From: Microcoleus sp.
GTDB taxonomy: Bacteria > Cyanobacteriota > Cyanobacteriia > Cyanobacteriales > Microcoleaceae
Direction: 5' to 3'
DNA length: 64,000 nt
Assembly: GCA_052279835.1 (NCBI GenBank)
Contig: CP181291.1
Coordinates: 2,592,001-2,656,000 of the forward strand
Below are positions 52,081-62,074 of this stretch, piece by piece; position 1 is the stretch's first letter; each line of letters opens with the position of its first letter. The position numbers were made by a program, and so were the translations under genes. Below the pieces are notes generated by a model, which ran no database searches, was not told the origin of the DNA, and saw nothing but the letters and a program-made list of their open reading frames with translations.

Positions 52081-52692
52081 GTGAGTGGAAATACTCAAAT
52101 TGTAGAGTCTTTTTGGCTAGCGCGGCCATCTACTAGGGTAGCGCCAGATTTACTTGGCTGTAGTTTGGTCCGAAAGTTTCCCGACGGGGAAACGATTCGG
52201 GCCATGATTGTGGAAACCGAAGCCTATGGGCCATTCGATCCCGCTTGTCACGCTTACGCGCGCCGAACTCCTCGCAACGAGGCGATGTTCGGTCCTGCGG
52301 GGAGGATTTATGTTTACCTAATTTATGGGATGTATCATTGCTTGAATGTCGTAACGGATGCAGACGGAGTTGCTAGCGCTGTGTTAATTAGAGCTTTACA
52401 GCTAGATGCAGTTCCCCAAAGATTCTCCCATCTCCCCGAAAAGGTGCGATCGCGCCTCGCCTCCGGGCCTGGCAAACTGTGTAAGGTACTTGAGATCGAT
52501 CGAACTTGGAATGGTTTAGCTTTGGGTACGGGGGAAGGGCTGCGGCTAGAACACCGGAGTGAGGAATTTCAGCAGGCGATCGAGTCAGGTACGATTAATA
52601 TCGTGCAAACTTCTCGCATCGGGATTTCTCAAGGAATTGATTTACCTTGGCGTTGGTATATAGGGAACTATCCGGCAGTGTCTAAATTCTAG
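52081..52692 (+). CDS. mpg: DNA-3-methyladenine glycosylase (MPG/AAG family)
   Basis: IVETEAY; YVYLIYGMYHCLNVV; AVLIRA; GPGKL; RIGI. Confidence 0.93.
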   Translation: MSGNTQIVESFWLARPSTRVAPDLLGCSLVRKFPDGETIRAMIVETEAYGPFDPACHAYARRTPRNEAMFGPAGRIYVYLIYGMYHCLNVVTDADGVASAVLIRALQLDAVPQRFSHLPEKVRSRLASGPGKLCKVLEIDRTWNGLALGTGEGLRLEHRSEEFQQAIESGTINIVQTSRIGISQGIDLPWRWYIGNYPAVSKF

Positions 52693-52740
52693 TAATCTCA
52701 AAATGTCAGTGTAAATTTTGTCACTTATCTCAATCAAATT

Positions 52741-53040
52741 ATGGCTTACTCTTCTGAAAATCCGATCGTACAACTCAAGAAATGCCTAACCCTAGCCCAG
52801 GATGTTAGCACTCACGCCGAAGCGAACCGAGCCTTCGAGCAATTATGTGGGATTATCGATGCTGAAAACCCAATGGCGGCGCAACTTTTGGAGATGTTAT
52901 GGCAAGAGGCGATTATAGCTAGGCGATCGGCTTTATTTTGGCAACAAATGAGCGATGTTGAGAAAGAGATGGCGAATAAAATGATGGAAAATATGACGCA
53001 GATGCGGCAAAACTATTTGCGGTTAATGCAGGAAATGTAG
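52741..53040 (+). CDS. Hypothetical helical protein
   Basis: 99-aa ORF with protein-like composition. Confidence 0.7.
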   Translation: MAYSSENPIVQLKKCLTLAQDVSTHAEANRAFEQLCGIIDAENPMAAQLLEMLWQEAIIARRSALFWQQMSDVEKEMANKMMENMTQMRQNYLRLMQEM

Positions 53041-53205
53041 GAATTGGGGAATGGGTAATTGCTAATGGGTAATTAGTAATTGCCCGGACTCTGCCCGGAA
53101 ACGAAAAAAGCGAGTAATATCGTTTCCGGTTGCATCGGAATAATAAAATCGAGTCAACAGTTAACACTCAACCATTCAGTTTTTTGACCCGCCCGTCAAC
53201 AGTCA

Positions 53206-53233
53206 GTAGGGGCGGTGCCCCCGTGCCCGCCCT
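53206..53233. repeat. GTAG-type REP-like element
   Basis: gtaggggcggtgcccccgtgcccgccct; the first 27 bp are the reverse complement of 22652-22678. Confidence 0.85.
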
Positions 53234-53248
53234 CTTAATAGTCAACAG

Positions 53249-55930
53249 TCATTCCGGTTGTACCTGAATTGATATAAAACAAGCGGATTTAACTGCGGCG
53301 AGACTCATCGTCCACCACGCAATATGTGCGTATTGAGCGCCCTCAAACCAAGTGAAGGTAAAAATCAGATAAGCAATAGCAACTGCTTCAATACCGCACA
53401 CCGATGATTTCACCGCTAAACATACATAATATCCCCAAACTGTAATCCCAGCAACCAGCCCTAAAATGCCAACAGATAGCGTTGTATCCAGCATCCAATT
53501 GTGAGCTTTGTAAGTATAAATTTCTCTAGTGCTGATTTCACCTTTTATGTTAATATAGTCGTAAGTAAACTCATCTAAATTTACAACGATCGGAGTTACT
53601 TGAGGATTTCGGATGTAGGGATAGGCAATGCCGAAACCGTCAAATCCCCATCCAAATAGCGGGCGTTTTTTGATGCCACGGGCTGAAAGTGTCCACATGG
53701 GCGATCGGCTAGACATGATTTGGGCGATGGTCGGTTTGCTCCAATCTAGCGGTCTGGTGACAGTCATGATGGCAATGGCGATTATGGCGATCGGAATAAT
53801 TCCTACAATAATTTTGTAATATTTGCCTCTGAGCAAATAGACAGTGGCAACCATCAAAGCTAAAATAGCACTTCGAGTAGAAGTTAGCAGCAGTGCGGGA
53901 ACAGTTAAAATTAAAGTAATTGCCGTTAATTTAGTTGTGGTAAATCTCGAAAACCAACCGAAAAGAGAAGTGATTATTATTAATGCTAAAACTATAGCTG
54001 CGTGACCTCTGTGGGAATACAATCCGATGGGTTGCTGTCCTTGAAATATACTGCTGGCATTAACATCGGCTCTGATAATTTGCCCCATTGTCGCCGTATA
54101 GTCGAGCCGCCAGTCAATGATTTGGGGGAAGATACTAAGAGAAAGAATAATGCCGCCAATTAGAAGTCCTTGGAATTGGGAATTAATCAGTTGCGGGTGT
54201 ACGGTTAAGAGCAAGCTGTTATCTGCGTTATTTTCGTTATTGTCTGTTGATGATAGTTCTGGGTCTTCAAGTAATTCGCTGCTGATGTCTGCTAAATTGA
54301 GTTGGTTTTCGTTGCTTTCTGTTGATGATAGTTCTGAGTCTTCCAGTAAATCGCTGCTGATGCCGGCTAAATTTACTTGGTTTTGGTTGCTTTCTGTTGA
54401 TGATAGTTCTGGGTTTTCTAGTAAGTTGCTGCTGATACTGGCTAGGTTCGCATTGTTCAAGCTGCTGTCTGTTGATGATAGTTCTGAGTCTTCGAGTAAG
54501 TCGCTGCTGATGTCGGTGAAGTAGTCAGTGTTAGCTTTGCTACTGCTCTCAACAAGCGAGCTTGAACGCAAGTTCGCCGCATTACGGTTTGATGTCGCAG
54601 AAATGGAAACTGCCCGAATCGGACGCGGGCCCGGGCTGGGTGCTGGTGCAGGACGCGGGCTGGGTGCTGGCGTCCGAGGCGGGCTGGGTGAGGGTAATGT
54701 AGTAGTAGTTGTTGATGTTGAGACAACCACACTTGATGATGTTGACCCCAGTGGAGATGTTACCCAAGGTGTAGGTGTTGGGAAAGTTGATGGAGTCCAA
54801 GGTGAGGGTGACGGTGCTGGCGACACTGATACTATTACTATTGGCGATGGTTTTGGTGACAGGGTTGGTCGAGGTGTTGGTGATGGGGATGGTCTAGGTG
54901 CTGGAGATGGTGAGGGTCTGGGTGCTGGCGATGGGGATGGTCGAGGTGTTGGTTTTGGTGATGCTGTTACGTAGCCTATGCCACCGCCACCACTAGCACT
55001 ACTAGCGACAGGTTCACGTTTGGGTATCGGTATGGGTATATTCCAGTCAGGAATGATAAACGGGAATGGCTTTGGAGTTGGAGCTGGAACGGGAACGGGA
55101 ACGGGAATCGGTACTGGCTGTTTGCGACGACGAGTTACTTTGTTTTTCCAGCCCCACCGTATTCCGTTGTAAATCGTAACGTTCGTTTCCGTAATAATTC
55201 GTCCTATTTTATCAGTTGTATTGAATGTCGAGGTGCCCACTAAGTAAGCTTCAGCCAACCAATAATGCTCCTCTAGAAAATCAATTCTGTAGCTTTTGTC
55301 TGCCAATCTTGTATTGCCACCTGGATAGAATGGAGTGTCTTGGTTTAGTAGATCTATGTCGAGGTATTTAGCTTTTGCTGCGGGATCTTTATGTGGTTTA
55401 ACATAACTAGCATGGTTGGTATTTATCCACTGAATCCAGCGAAAATCTTGTGTTGTCTCACCTTGCCCTCGCACATAATTTAACTCAATTCCGCCACCTA
55501 CTCCTGTTAACGTAGGTGGTATTTGTTGCTGTATATTCGGTAAATTTGGATATCTACATGGAATCTGTACAGTGCAAGCAAAATATTGTAATACTTGTAA
55601 ATTCCCTCTTAAAGCCTTATTTGCTTTAGTAAAATTCCAAATTTTTGTTTGAGCGGAATTGTTTAAAGTAGCCAATCTATAGGCATCTAATAACTGATTT
55701 AAAATCCTTGTTCCACCCAGTGGTAGTTCTGTTACATGAGGAGGTGACAATGTAGTTGATACAGTTATTTCATCATTGCCATCGGTGTAAGTCGTAGACA
55801 GTTTGGGAATGTATAAATCTCGCGCACCTTTTTCGGCAAAACTTAGACTGAATCCCATAGCAGACTGACTCGTAAATGCAACTAGCAATGGCGTTGCCAA
55901 AAATATTAGAATAGTTTGTGGAGTTTTCAT
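53249..55930 (-). CDS. Chimeric protein: exported domain, Pro/Ser/Thr linker, acidic repeats, O-antigen ligase (Wzy_C)-like domain
   Basis: Signal peptide; 4 x 25-aa repeats; C-terminal SHRGH, TSTRSA, R..MW, RPLFGWGFDGF, KAHN, GILG. Confidence 0.8.
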   Translation of the reverse strand: MKTPQTILIFLATPLLVAFTSQSAMGFSLSFAEKGARDLYIPKLSTTYTDGNDEITVSTTLSPPHVTELPLGGTRILNQLLDAYRLATLNNSAQTKIWNFTKANKALRGNLQVLQYFACTVQIPCRYPNLPNIQQQIPPTLTGVGGGIELNYVRGQGETTQDFRWIQWINTNHASYVKPHKDPAAKAKYLDIDLLNQDTPFYPGGNTRLADKSYRIDFLEEHYWLAEAYLVGTSTFNTTDKIGRIITETNVTIYNGIRWGWKNKVTRRRKQPVPIPVPVPVPAPTPKPFPFIIPDWNIPIPIPKREPVASSASGGGGIGYVTASPKPTPRPSPSPAPRPSPSPAPRPSPSPTPRPTLSPKPSPIVIVSVSPAPSPSPWTPSTFPTPTPWVTSPLGSTSSSVVVSTSTTTTTLPSPSPPRTPAPSPRPAPAPSPGPRPIRAVSISATSNRNAANLRSSSLVESSSKANTDYFTDISSDLLEDSELSSTDSSLNNANLASISSNLLENPELSSTESNQNQVNLAGISSDLLEDSELSSTESNENQLNLADISSELLEDPELSSTDNNENNADNSLLLTVHPQLINSQFQGLLIGGIILSLSIFPQIIDWRLDYTATMGQIIRADVNASSIFQGQQPIGLYSHRGHAAIVLALIIITSLFGWFSRFTTTKLTAITLILTVPALLLTSTRSAILALMVATVYLLRGKYYKIIVGIIPIAIIAIAIMTVTRPLDWSKPTIAQIMSSRSPMWTLSARGIKKRPLFGWGFDGFGIAYPYIRNPQVTPIVVNLDEFTYDYINIKGEISTREIYTYKAHNWMLDTTLSVGILGLVAGITVWGYYVCLAVKSSVCGIEAVAIAYLIFTFTWFEGAQYAHIAWWTMSLAAVKSACFISIQVQPE
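54225..54520. repeat. 4 x 75-bp coding repeat (ISSxLLExxELSST...)
   Basis: gatagttctg at 54252, 54327, 54402 and 54477. Confidence 0.9.
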
Positions 55931-56025
55931 TATCTGTTTTTCCTTGCGTATCTACTACGTAAAAGTCTAGATAAGGTGTAAATTTTTGCCCTATTCACAT
56001 CGCATTGAATCATTTCTCATGCATC

Positions 56026-57282
56026 TCAGGGCTGGGCTATACGGAATTCAGTAAAGGGGGTATCTACCCGCCCAGTCCAAACTTTTTCTATTGGCAGACT
56101 TTCAATCGACTCCCTTGCAAGATTTGTCTTCTGTATGATATCGCTCGTATTTTCGTACCGGAACCGAAGTTGATAGATACCTGGCTTGAGGTCAAAAGGG
56201 CAATAGCCACCATATCCATTAGTAACAAGAAGAGAAAATTTGTCGCGCTTACTCAAAGACAGGGTAATACTTGGAAAAAATGTCACACTCTTTCCCGGTG
56301 TGGCTAATAGAAAATCAGATTCTTCCGGCAATCTCATCCAGTCGCTATTATAGCATCCCCGCTCTAGCCGACCATCTGGCATTACAATGTCTGGAGTAAA
56401 AGTGGCATAAAAACTGAAGTAAAAAGGGGTTGGCGTGTTGTTGGTAATCCGCATACCAATCTGTACATAATTTATGACATTGTGCTTGTTATTTCGCACA
56501 GTTAACAACGGTTCTGGAATGAAGGTTTCAAAGCGAATACCATCTACTTCCACTGCGTTTTTATTATCTTCAACAGGTTGCAGCAGGCGAAAATTAACGA
56601 AGGGAGTTGTCAACTTATCTGTCTCAGTTACTTCTATTCTCTTTTGTTGTCCAGTTCGTGGATCTAAGCATAAGACATTCCCGGTAGGACTGTTATAAAT
56701 GAATCGAAGCTGATATTCCCCTGACCCAAGACTTTCAAAATACCAAGAGTTATCTAGCTCAATAGGGATTTGACCGCAGTATGCGCTGGGTAATGTTTGT
56801 TTAAGTCCCGTTAGTTGAAGTAAATTATTTTGCCAAGACAGTCTTCCATCCAGAGGGATGACTGTCTGTTCTCCGGCTCGAACTAACGTCGCACGATATT
56901 CCCCGCTCCCAACTTGCCTATTTATCGGTTCTTTGAGGTGCAGTTTTTGACCATCTGGCCTTCGGATTTCTGGGATTAAGGCATCATTTATGAAAGGAAT
57001 TGGGGCTTGTGTAGGATTGGTAACGCTGACAGTGAAGCTCAAGGGAGCAGTAGCACCGGGCTTGTTTTCTGGGATTGCTAGTGCAATAATTTGTGGCTCT
57101 CTGATTTCCAGTAGGAGGCCAGATTGTTTGACTTGATTGCTGTTATTCGCTCCTTGAGATGTCATATTTTCTATCCTTCCAATTCTTGAGTGTTCATTGC
57201 CAACAGCTTGTATGTTTCCATAGGTTACTACCACGATCGCAGAAATTACTAAAGCCAAGAAAAACCGCCAAAAATACTTCAT
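56026..57282 (-). CDS. Exported hypothetical protein with two related beta-rich domains
   Basis: Signal peptide MKYFWRFFLALVIS; two G.YQLRF.Y...TPF..FR units; VEVDGIRFET. Confidence 0.8.
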   Translation of the reverse strand: MKYFWRFFLALVISAIVVVTYGNIQAVGNEHSRIGRIENMTSQGANNSNQVKQSGLLLEIREPQIIALAIPENKPGATAPLSFTVSVTNPTQAPIPFINDALIPEIRRPDGQKLHLKEPINRQVGSGEYRATLVRAGEQTVIPLDGRLSWQNNLLQLTGLKQTLPSAYCGQIPIELDNSWYFESLGSGEYQLRFIYNSPTGNVLCLDPRTGQQKRIEVTETDKLTTPFVNFRLLQPVEDNKNAVEVDGIRFETFIPEPLLTVRNNKHNVINYVQIGMRITNNTPTPFYFSFYATFTPDIVMPDGRLERGCYNSDWMRLPEESDFLLATPGKSVTFFPSITLSLSKRDKFSLLVTNGYGGYCPFDLKPGIYQLRFRYENTSDIIQKTNLARESIESLPIEKVWTGRVDTPFTEFRIAQP

Positions 57283-57309
57283 AATTTCGCCCTCTGGATT
57301 ACCAGACAA

Positions 57310-57738
57310 TCAGCGGAAAAACCCGAACCATACCGCCGCACCAAATACCATAAACCAAAATAACTTACCCCAACTCCCACTCGACTCTCCGGGATGTTCA
57401 ACCAAAGTATATCTGTAATATCCCAACACAGGCTCACAATCATTCTTCTTCGGTGGAGTTCTCGGCCAAGTACGGGTAGATGACGGCCAACAATTCTCTG
57501 GCATACTCCGCAGTCTACCGGGCAGATAACCGTAAGTTAAATTCAGCTTTGAACGAGGGGGTAAGTGTTCTTGAAGAGCAAGTTCTTTCTTTGTTACCTG
57601 GACGAACTCGAACTTGACTTCATGAGTACGATGGGGCCCAATTGTGCGACTGCAACTGATACAAAACTGATTGCAAGCTAGCTTTTGAGGGTGAGGACAG
57701 TGAAAATTGTTGCAGTAATGTTTTTCGCCGTAGTTCAT
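57310..57738 (-). CDS. Hypothetical protein with an N-terminal 4-Cys zinc-ribbon-like motif and a C-terminal TM
   Basis: YCNNFHC...FCISC; WGKLFWFMVFGAAVWFGFFR. Confidence 0.6.
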   Translation of the reverse strand: MNYGEKHYCNNFHCPHPQKLACNQFCISCSRTIGPHRTHEVKFEFVQVTKKELALQEHLPPRSKLNLTYGYLPGRLRSMPENCWPSSTRTWPRTPPKKNDCEPVLGYYRYTLVEHPGESSGSWGKLFWFMVFGAAVWFGFFR

Positions 57739-57977
57739 AACGATGCCTTTGATTTCCCTGATTAATGAGTTGGCAGACAGACAACAACTGATTGACTAAA
57801 ATTATCATAAACATTTGGCTCGGAATACAGGGTTTATACTGAAGTTTTGGGAAGTCACCTTGTATCTGAAACTTATGCTTAATTAAAAATTTATCTGTTA
57901 CAAACAAGTTAACTTTACACAATCTTTATAAAAAAAATCTGAGTTCCGGCGTTGAGGATCGGTTGTTGTCAAAATCG

Positions 57978-58379
57978 TCAAGAGGACTGCTGGAAATGAA
58001 ATTGGCACTCTGGTACACAAACTAACTTTACACAATCTTCACAAAAGTCAGTTTGAGGACCGCAGGCGTAGTAATTTTTAATATCAAAACTTCCCTCTAA
58101 TTCTGTTCCTGTCTCAAAAATCCATTTTCCCGGATACCTTCTAGAAAAGTTGCTTAGTAAGCTTTTAAACTCATTAGTTCCACCTGCTTTAATAGTAGTA
58201 GGTGGAATTATCCAAGCCGCACCCTCGGCATCTCCCAGAGTGTAGGGGACATAGTAGTCTGGAGGATTTAAAGACTTAATAGTAAACGCAACCCCAGGCT
58301 GAGTTGTGAGTGTGATAAAAAGTGTTGTTGTGAACAAAGCTAAAGGATACTGTCGTAATATCATTTTTTTGAGCCTCAC
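57978..58379 (-). pseudogene. Truncated paralog of the N-terminus of the 53249-55930 protein
   Basis: PP....GGT...LL...W.F...L.G......Y.AC aligns with the paralog; similarity stops near 58045. Confidence 0.7.
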
Positions 58380-58439
58380 AAGTTAATAGTTAAAAAGAGA
58401 GCAGCTTTTTCGGAAATCATCTACAAATAGTAAGTGTGA

Positions 58440-58997
58440 CTAAAATTCGGATCTTGGCTGCACTATACGAAATTCTTCATAAGACGTAGAAACCACGCCT
58501 GTCCACAGAGGTTCTAAAAATCTCCAGGGTGTCATACCTCCATCAATTTTTCCTGTTTGAGAGTGGTTCTCATAAGTAAATCGAACACTATATATACCTG
58601 GTTTCAAATTGCACAAAGTCCAAACTCCACCACTACCGTCATAGCCTGTAAGTCCAAGCTGGAAGCCACGCCAACAGAACTTGGCATTTATAAAAAACGT
58701 CAAATGTTCTTGTGGGAAAAGTAATAAAAAGTCTGATTCTGTCGGTGTTTTGGTTGCATTCCTAGCATAGCTTCGTTCGATTAATTCCCCATCTGCTCGT
58801 TTTAGTTCTGGAGACAAATGGAAACAAATAAACCGATAGGATATTGAGGAATTGTTGGTAATGCGAATCCCAAACTGTACGGAGTTTTTAAGACCCTTGA
58901 TATTTGAGATTGTTAGCTCTCGCTCTGGGACTAAAGTTTCAAACCGGACGCCATCAACTTCAACGACATTGTTATCACTTGATTCTTCTATGGTCAT
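58440..58997 (-). CDS. Hypothetical protein, single-domain paralog of 56026-57282
   Basis: VEVDGVRFET...GIRITNN...ESDFLL...LKPGIY..RF.YEN...WTG.V...FRI.QP shared. Confidence 0.85.
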   Translation of the reverse strand: MTIEESSDNNVVEVDGVRFETLVPERELTISNIKGLKNSVQFGIRITNNSSISYRFICFHLSPELKRADGELIERSYARNATKTPTESDFLLLFPQEHLTFFINAKFCWRGFQLGLTGYDGSGGVWTLCNLKPGIYSVRFTYENHSQTGKIDGGMTPWRFLEPLWTGVVSTSYEEFRIVQPRSEF

Positions 58998-59031
58998 GAT
59001 GCTTGTCCTCCTTATTTCCTTATCCTAAGAG

Positions 59032-59208
59032 TGTGGCAGTAGCGCCGGAGCTGATTTAAAACTTTTTTGCTGAAATTATTTCTGAGTTTTATCACAACAT
59101 AAAAGCTCACCACAATCCGAAAATTTACTGACTTTAGTGACATCCAGAGAACTAAATTAAATTTTACATAGTAATATTAGCTACGCCAGAATGAAGATTT
59201 CAGATAAA
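59032..59208 (-). promoter_or_regulatory. Conserved 177-bp upstream element, copy A, with a GTA-N8-TAC box at 59171-59184
   Basis: 149/177 ungapped identity to 61712-61888 by manual count. Confidence 0.75.
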
Positions 59209-59301
59209 TTTTGAGTTTTGTAGATAAAAATTTTAAAATCATACTATTTTCTGTGGGAAAAATGAGTTTACAGACAGACAACCACCTAAACCCTGACTTG
59301 A

Positions 59302-60738
59302 CTATTCTTGGTTTTTCCGGTTTTTGAGCCTTTTAATTACAGGCAATACAGCTAGGGCAAATAAAGTTCCTAATGCGGTGGTTGGTTCGGGAACGGCTGC
59401 GGCGGCGAGGGCATCCTCCTCGGCTTTTTTAGATGAGGCTTTTTCGTTTGGTAAGTCGTCGCTGTAAAGGCTTGCTATGTCAGAAACGTCGATGGAGGAA
59501 AAAGACATTTCCTGGTTTATACTCCTAGCAGCGAAGGTTCTTGTATTCGTACCAACATTACTCGAAGATGTAGAAACGCTACTGCGAGAAGGAAGGTAAT
59601 CTTGATACATCTTGACAGCTAAGTCGTATTTTCCAACTTGAGGATGTGGTGCATTGCGTACACATCCACCACCACCGCTACCGCCGTTACATGGGCCGCC
59701 ACTAAAGTCATTACGCTCATCAAAATTGAAGTCGTTGTAGCCACTCACCTTGAGTTTGAGAGAACCGTCATTGTTTACAGAACTTTTAATCCCTGAACCC
59801 CAATTGCTACCAAACGGCCCGCCGTCGTCATTCACCGCAATCAGATTTCCCAATTGGTTAAACGCTCCTAAAATTGTGTCCGGTTTTTTGGGTGGGTTGA
59901 CACCGGGAAAGTTATTAGTCCAGGCTACAAAAGGTGCTGAGGGTTGAAGTCCAGATTCTGTAAAAGAATCTACCTTGCCTGGGGATAGGGTACTGGAGTT
60001 CAAATAAGTAGGAAGTTTTTCTACCTTTTTGTACCCAAACTGTTGCTCAACTAGGTTGGCATACTGTTTGGTAAATGTTGCACCTTGTTTGATATCTGTG
60101 ATAGTTGAAGTGCCTCCATTGAGGGAAATTGACCAGGAAAAACCTGTTAAAAAATCGTAGGTTTTGTTGCCGAAATCACCGACCAGAAATGTCTCAAATT
60201 TGAGCTGATTGGCTTTAGAATCACTCGGTACATCAGAGAATTTTAAAACCTGACCATTATTTTGACTCTGTACTGCTAGCTGGGTATATTCATCCCAGGG
60301 GAGAAATTGTTCTAATTCTTCTGGAATTTTGTATTCATTCCAGTACCAAGGTTCCTGGTCAGCCCATCCACTAAGATAACCAGATGGTGGGGTATCTATA
60401 TATGGGACTTTTAGGGGGTTATTGGCGAAGCGGGGGTCAATAGGTATGGGTGGATTTGAATCTTGCGTTACTATTTGAAGCCAGTTGAGATGATCGACGC
60501 CGAGAAAATTTTTCCAGTCATTTTTAGTAGCAACGAATTGACCGACAATTGCATCTTCGGTTCCTGCTGGGACAGGATCAGTTTTTTTATCCAGGCTAAT
60601 ATTACCTAGGACTTCATTTTTGACGATTACATCAAAACTGAGTTGTGCTGCCCGAGCTGCCCCGCTTGAAACGGTTTCAAAGAATGCAGCTATTGAGATC
60701 GCACAGATGTATGTTGTGCTAGCATTTCGCTGTGACAT
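59302..60738 (-). CDS. PEP-CTERM sorting-signal protein
   Basis: Signal peptide; C-terminal VPEP plus hydrophobic helix plus KRLKNRK. Confidence 0.9.
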   Translation of the reverse strand: MSQRNASTTYICAISIAAFFETVSSGAARAAQLSFDVIVKNEVLGNISLDKKTDPVPAGTEDAIVGQFVATKNDWKNFLGVDHLNWLQIVTQDSNPPIPIDPRFANNPLKVPYIDTPPSGYLSGWADQEPWYWNEYKIPEELEQFLPWDEYTQLAVQSQNNGQVLKFSDVPSDSKANQLKFETFLVGDFGNKTYDFLTGFSWSISLNGGTSTITDIKQGATFTKQYANLVEQQFGYKKVEKLPTYLNSSTLSPGKVDSFTESGLQPSAPFVAWTNNFPGVNPPKKPDTILGAFNQLGNLIAVNDDGGPFGSNWGSGIKSSVNNDGSLKLKVSGYNDFNFDERNDFSGGPCNGGSGGGGCVRNAPHPQVGKYDLAVKMYQDYLPSRSSVSTSSSNVGTNTRTFAARSINQEMSFSSIDVSDIASLYSDDLPNEKASSKKAEEDALAAAAVPEPTTALGTLFALAVLPVIKRLKNRKNQE

Positions 60739-60775
60739 AGCCTTGACTCCTAATTGTTTGAAAGTGTATTAAATC

Positions 60776-61582
60776 CTAATCAGCAAGTTTTTCAACTTTG
60801 TAAGTTTTGAGATTGAAACGCCACAAAGTCCGCACAATTCTGTCACTATTAACATCTACGTAGATATATTCTGGCGTAACTAAAAAATTTGAATCGGCAG
60901 AAAACTCGCCTATAGATAGCAAATCAAGCTGAGAAAATTCTTTAATTTCCTGACAAGTTTCGATGTCAAAAAGTCGTGCGTACTTCACCGCCGATCTAGT
61001 CGGGTTCCGTTGAGGATAACTTTCATCGCTCGCGGGATATCCGGTAGCAAATGTGATGTTCAAAAAGCGATCGTTTGGCGAAAAGCGAAACAGACCGGGC
61101 CCAGATCCTCCTTTCGGAATTTTGCAGACAAGTGTAAAGCTGGGATAGCTGTGCAGGAATATTATCCCTTGCGGAAATTGGTAAGTAAAAAACTTGGTTT
61201 CATCGTGGGAAAAGCCATAAATCCTCTGAGGAAAACGGCGAACTTCTTTACCTGTCGCCAACTCCCAGAACACAGTATGGTCTTTCTGCGAAGCAGCAAC
61301 TGTCTTACCACCGTCTAAGAGAAATGTCTCCCTGACAACTACTCCATCATCCATTTTAAAAGTGCGAATCACCTCTGAAGAAACAGCATCTTTGACGGTA
61401 ACAATGCCATGGCGATCGCCGCTGACAGAGTAGCGACTTCCTGACACCGTGTTGCCTCGATTCAAGTCAGCTACCTTCTCCATTTCCCCCTGATTATAGG
61501 CAGTAACTCCATGTGAAACAGAGCCTAGTTCCATTGCCCCAGAAAGAATTAAAGCCAGCATAAACCGGAAAAAATGCTTCAT
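60776..61582 (-). CDS. Exported WD40/beta-propeller-like protein
   Basis: Signal MKHFFRFMLALILS; FWELATGKEVRRF, FSHDE, FSPND, LFDIET, FSADS. Confidence 0.7.
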   Translation of the reverse strand: MKHFFRFMLALILSGAMELGSVSHGVTAYNQGEMEKVADLNRGNTVSGSRYSVSGDRHGIVTVKDAVSSEVIRTFKMDDGVVVRETFLLDGGKTVAASQKDHTVFWELATGKEVRRFPQRIYGFSHDETKFFTYQFPQGIIFLHSYPSFTLVCKIPKGGSGPGLFRFSPNDRFLNITFATGYPASDESYPQRNPTRSAVKYARLFDIETCQEIKEFSQLDLLSIGEFSADSNFLVTPEYIYVDVNSDRIVRTLWRFNLKTYKVEKLAD

Positions 61583-61711
61583 AATCTGGGCTATTTTTTA
61601 GCCTGATGATTAGTTAAATAATCCCAACGCAATACGAAGCCAGCTACTAAAAGCAGCGCCAACCTCTTGCCTCAATCCTGTCTGGATTGTCACGTTTAAA
61701 ACAAGAAAAAC

Positions 61712-61888
61712 TGTGGCAGTAGCGCCTACGCTGATTTCAAATAAGTTTGCTGAGATTATTTCCGAATTTTATTACGTCACAAATGCTGACCACAATCCGA
61801 AAATTTACTGACTTTAGTAACATCCAGAGAACGAAATCAAATTTTACCTAGTAACATTGGTTACGCCTAAAGGAAGATTTAAGATAAA
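61712..61888 (-). promoter_or_regulatory. Conserved 177-bp upstream element, copy B, with a GTA-N8-TAC box at 61851-61864
   Basis: Duplicate of 59032-59208. Confidence 0.75.
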
Positions 61889-62074
61889 ATCTTGACTTCT
61901 GTAGCTAAAAAGTTTGAATGGATACAGTTTTTTATCGAGTTTCCTCTAAAATGCGAGAAAATCAGCGAGTGTAGGGTTGATATAAAATCCGGGTGTACTG
62001 GAATTATTTGTTTGTAAAATTTGGTCAAGTTCTCAGTTGCGGGTTTTTCGCCACACCGCAACTGCCAACTTTTC

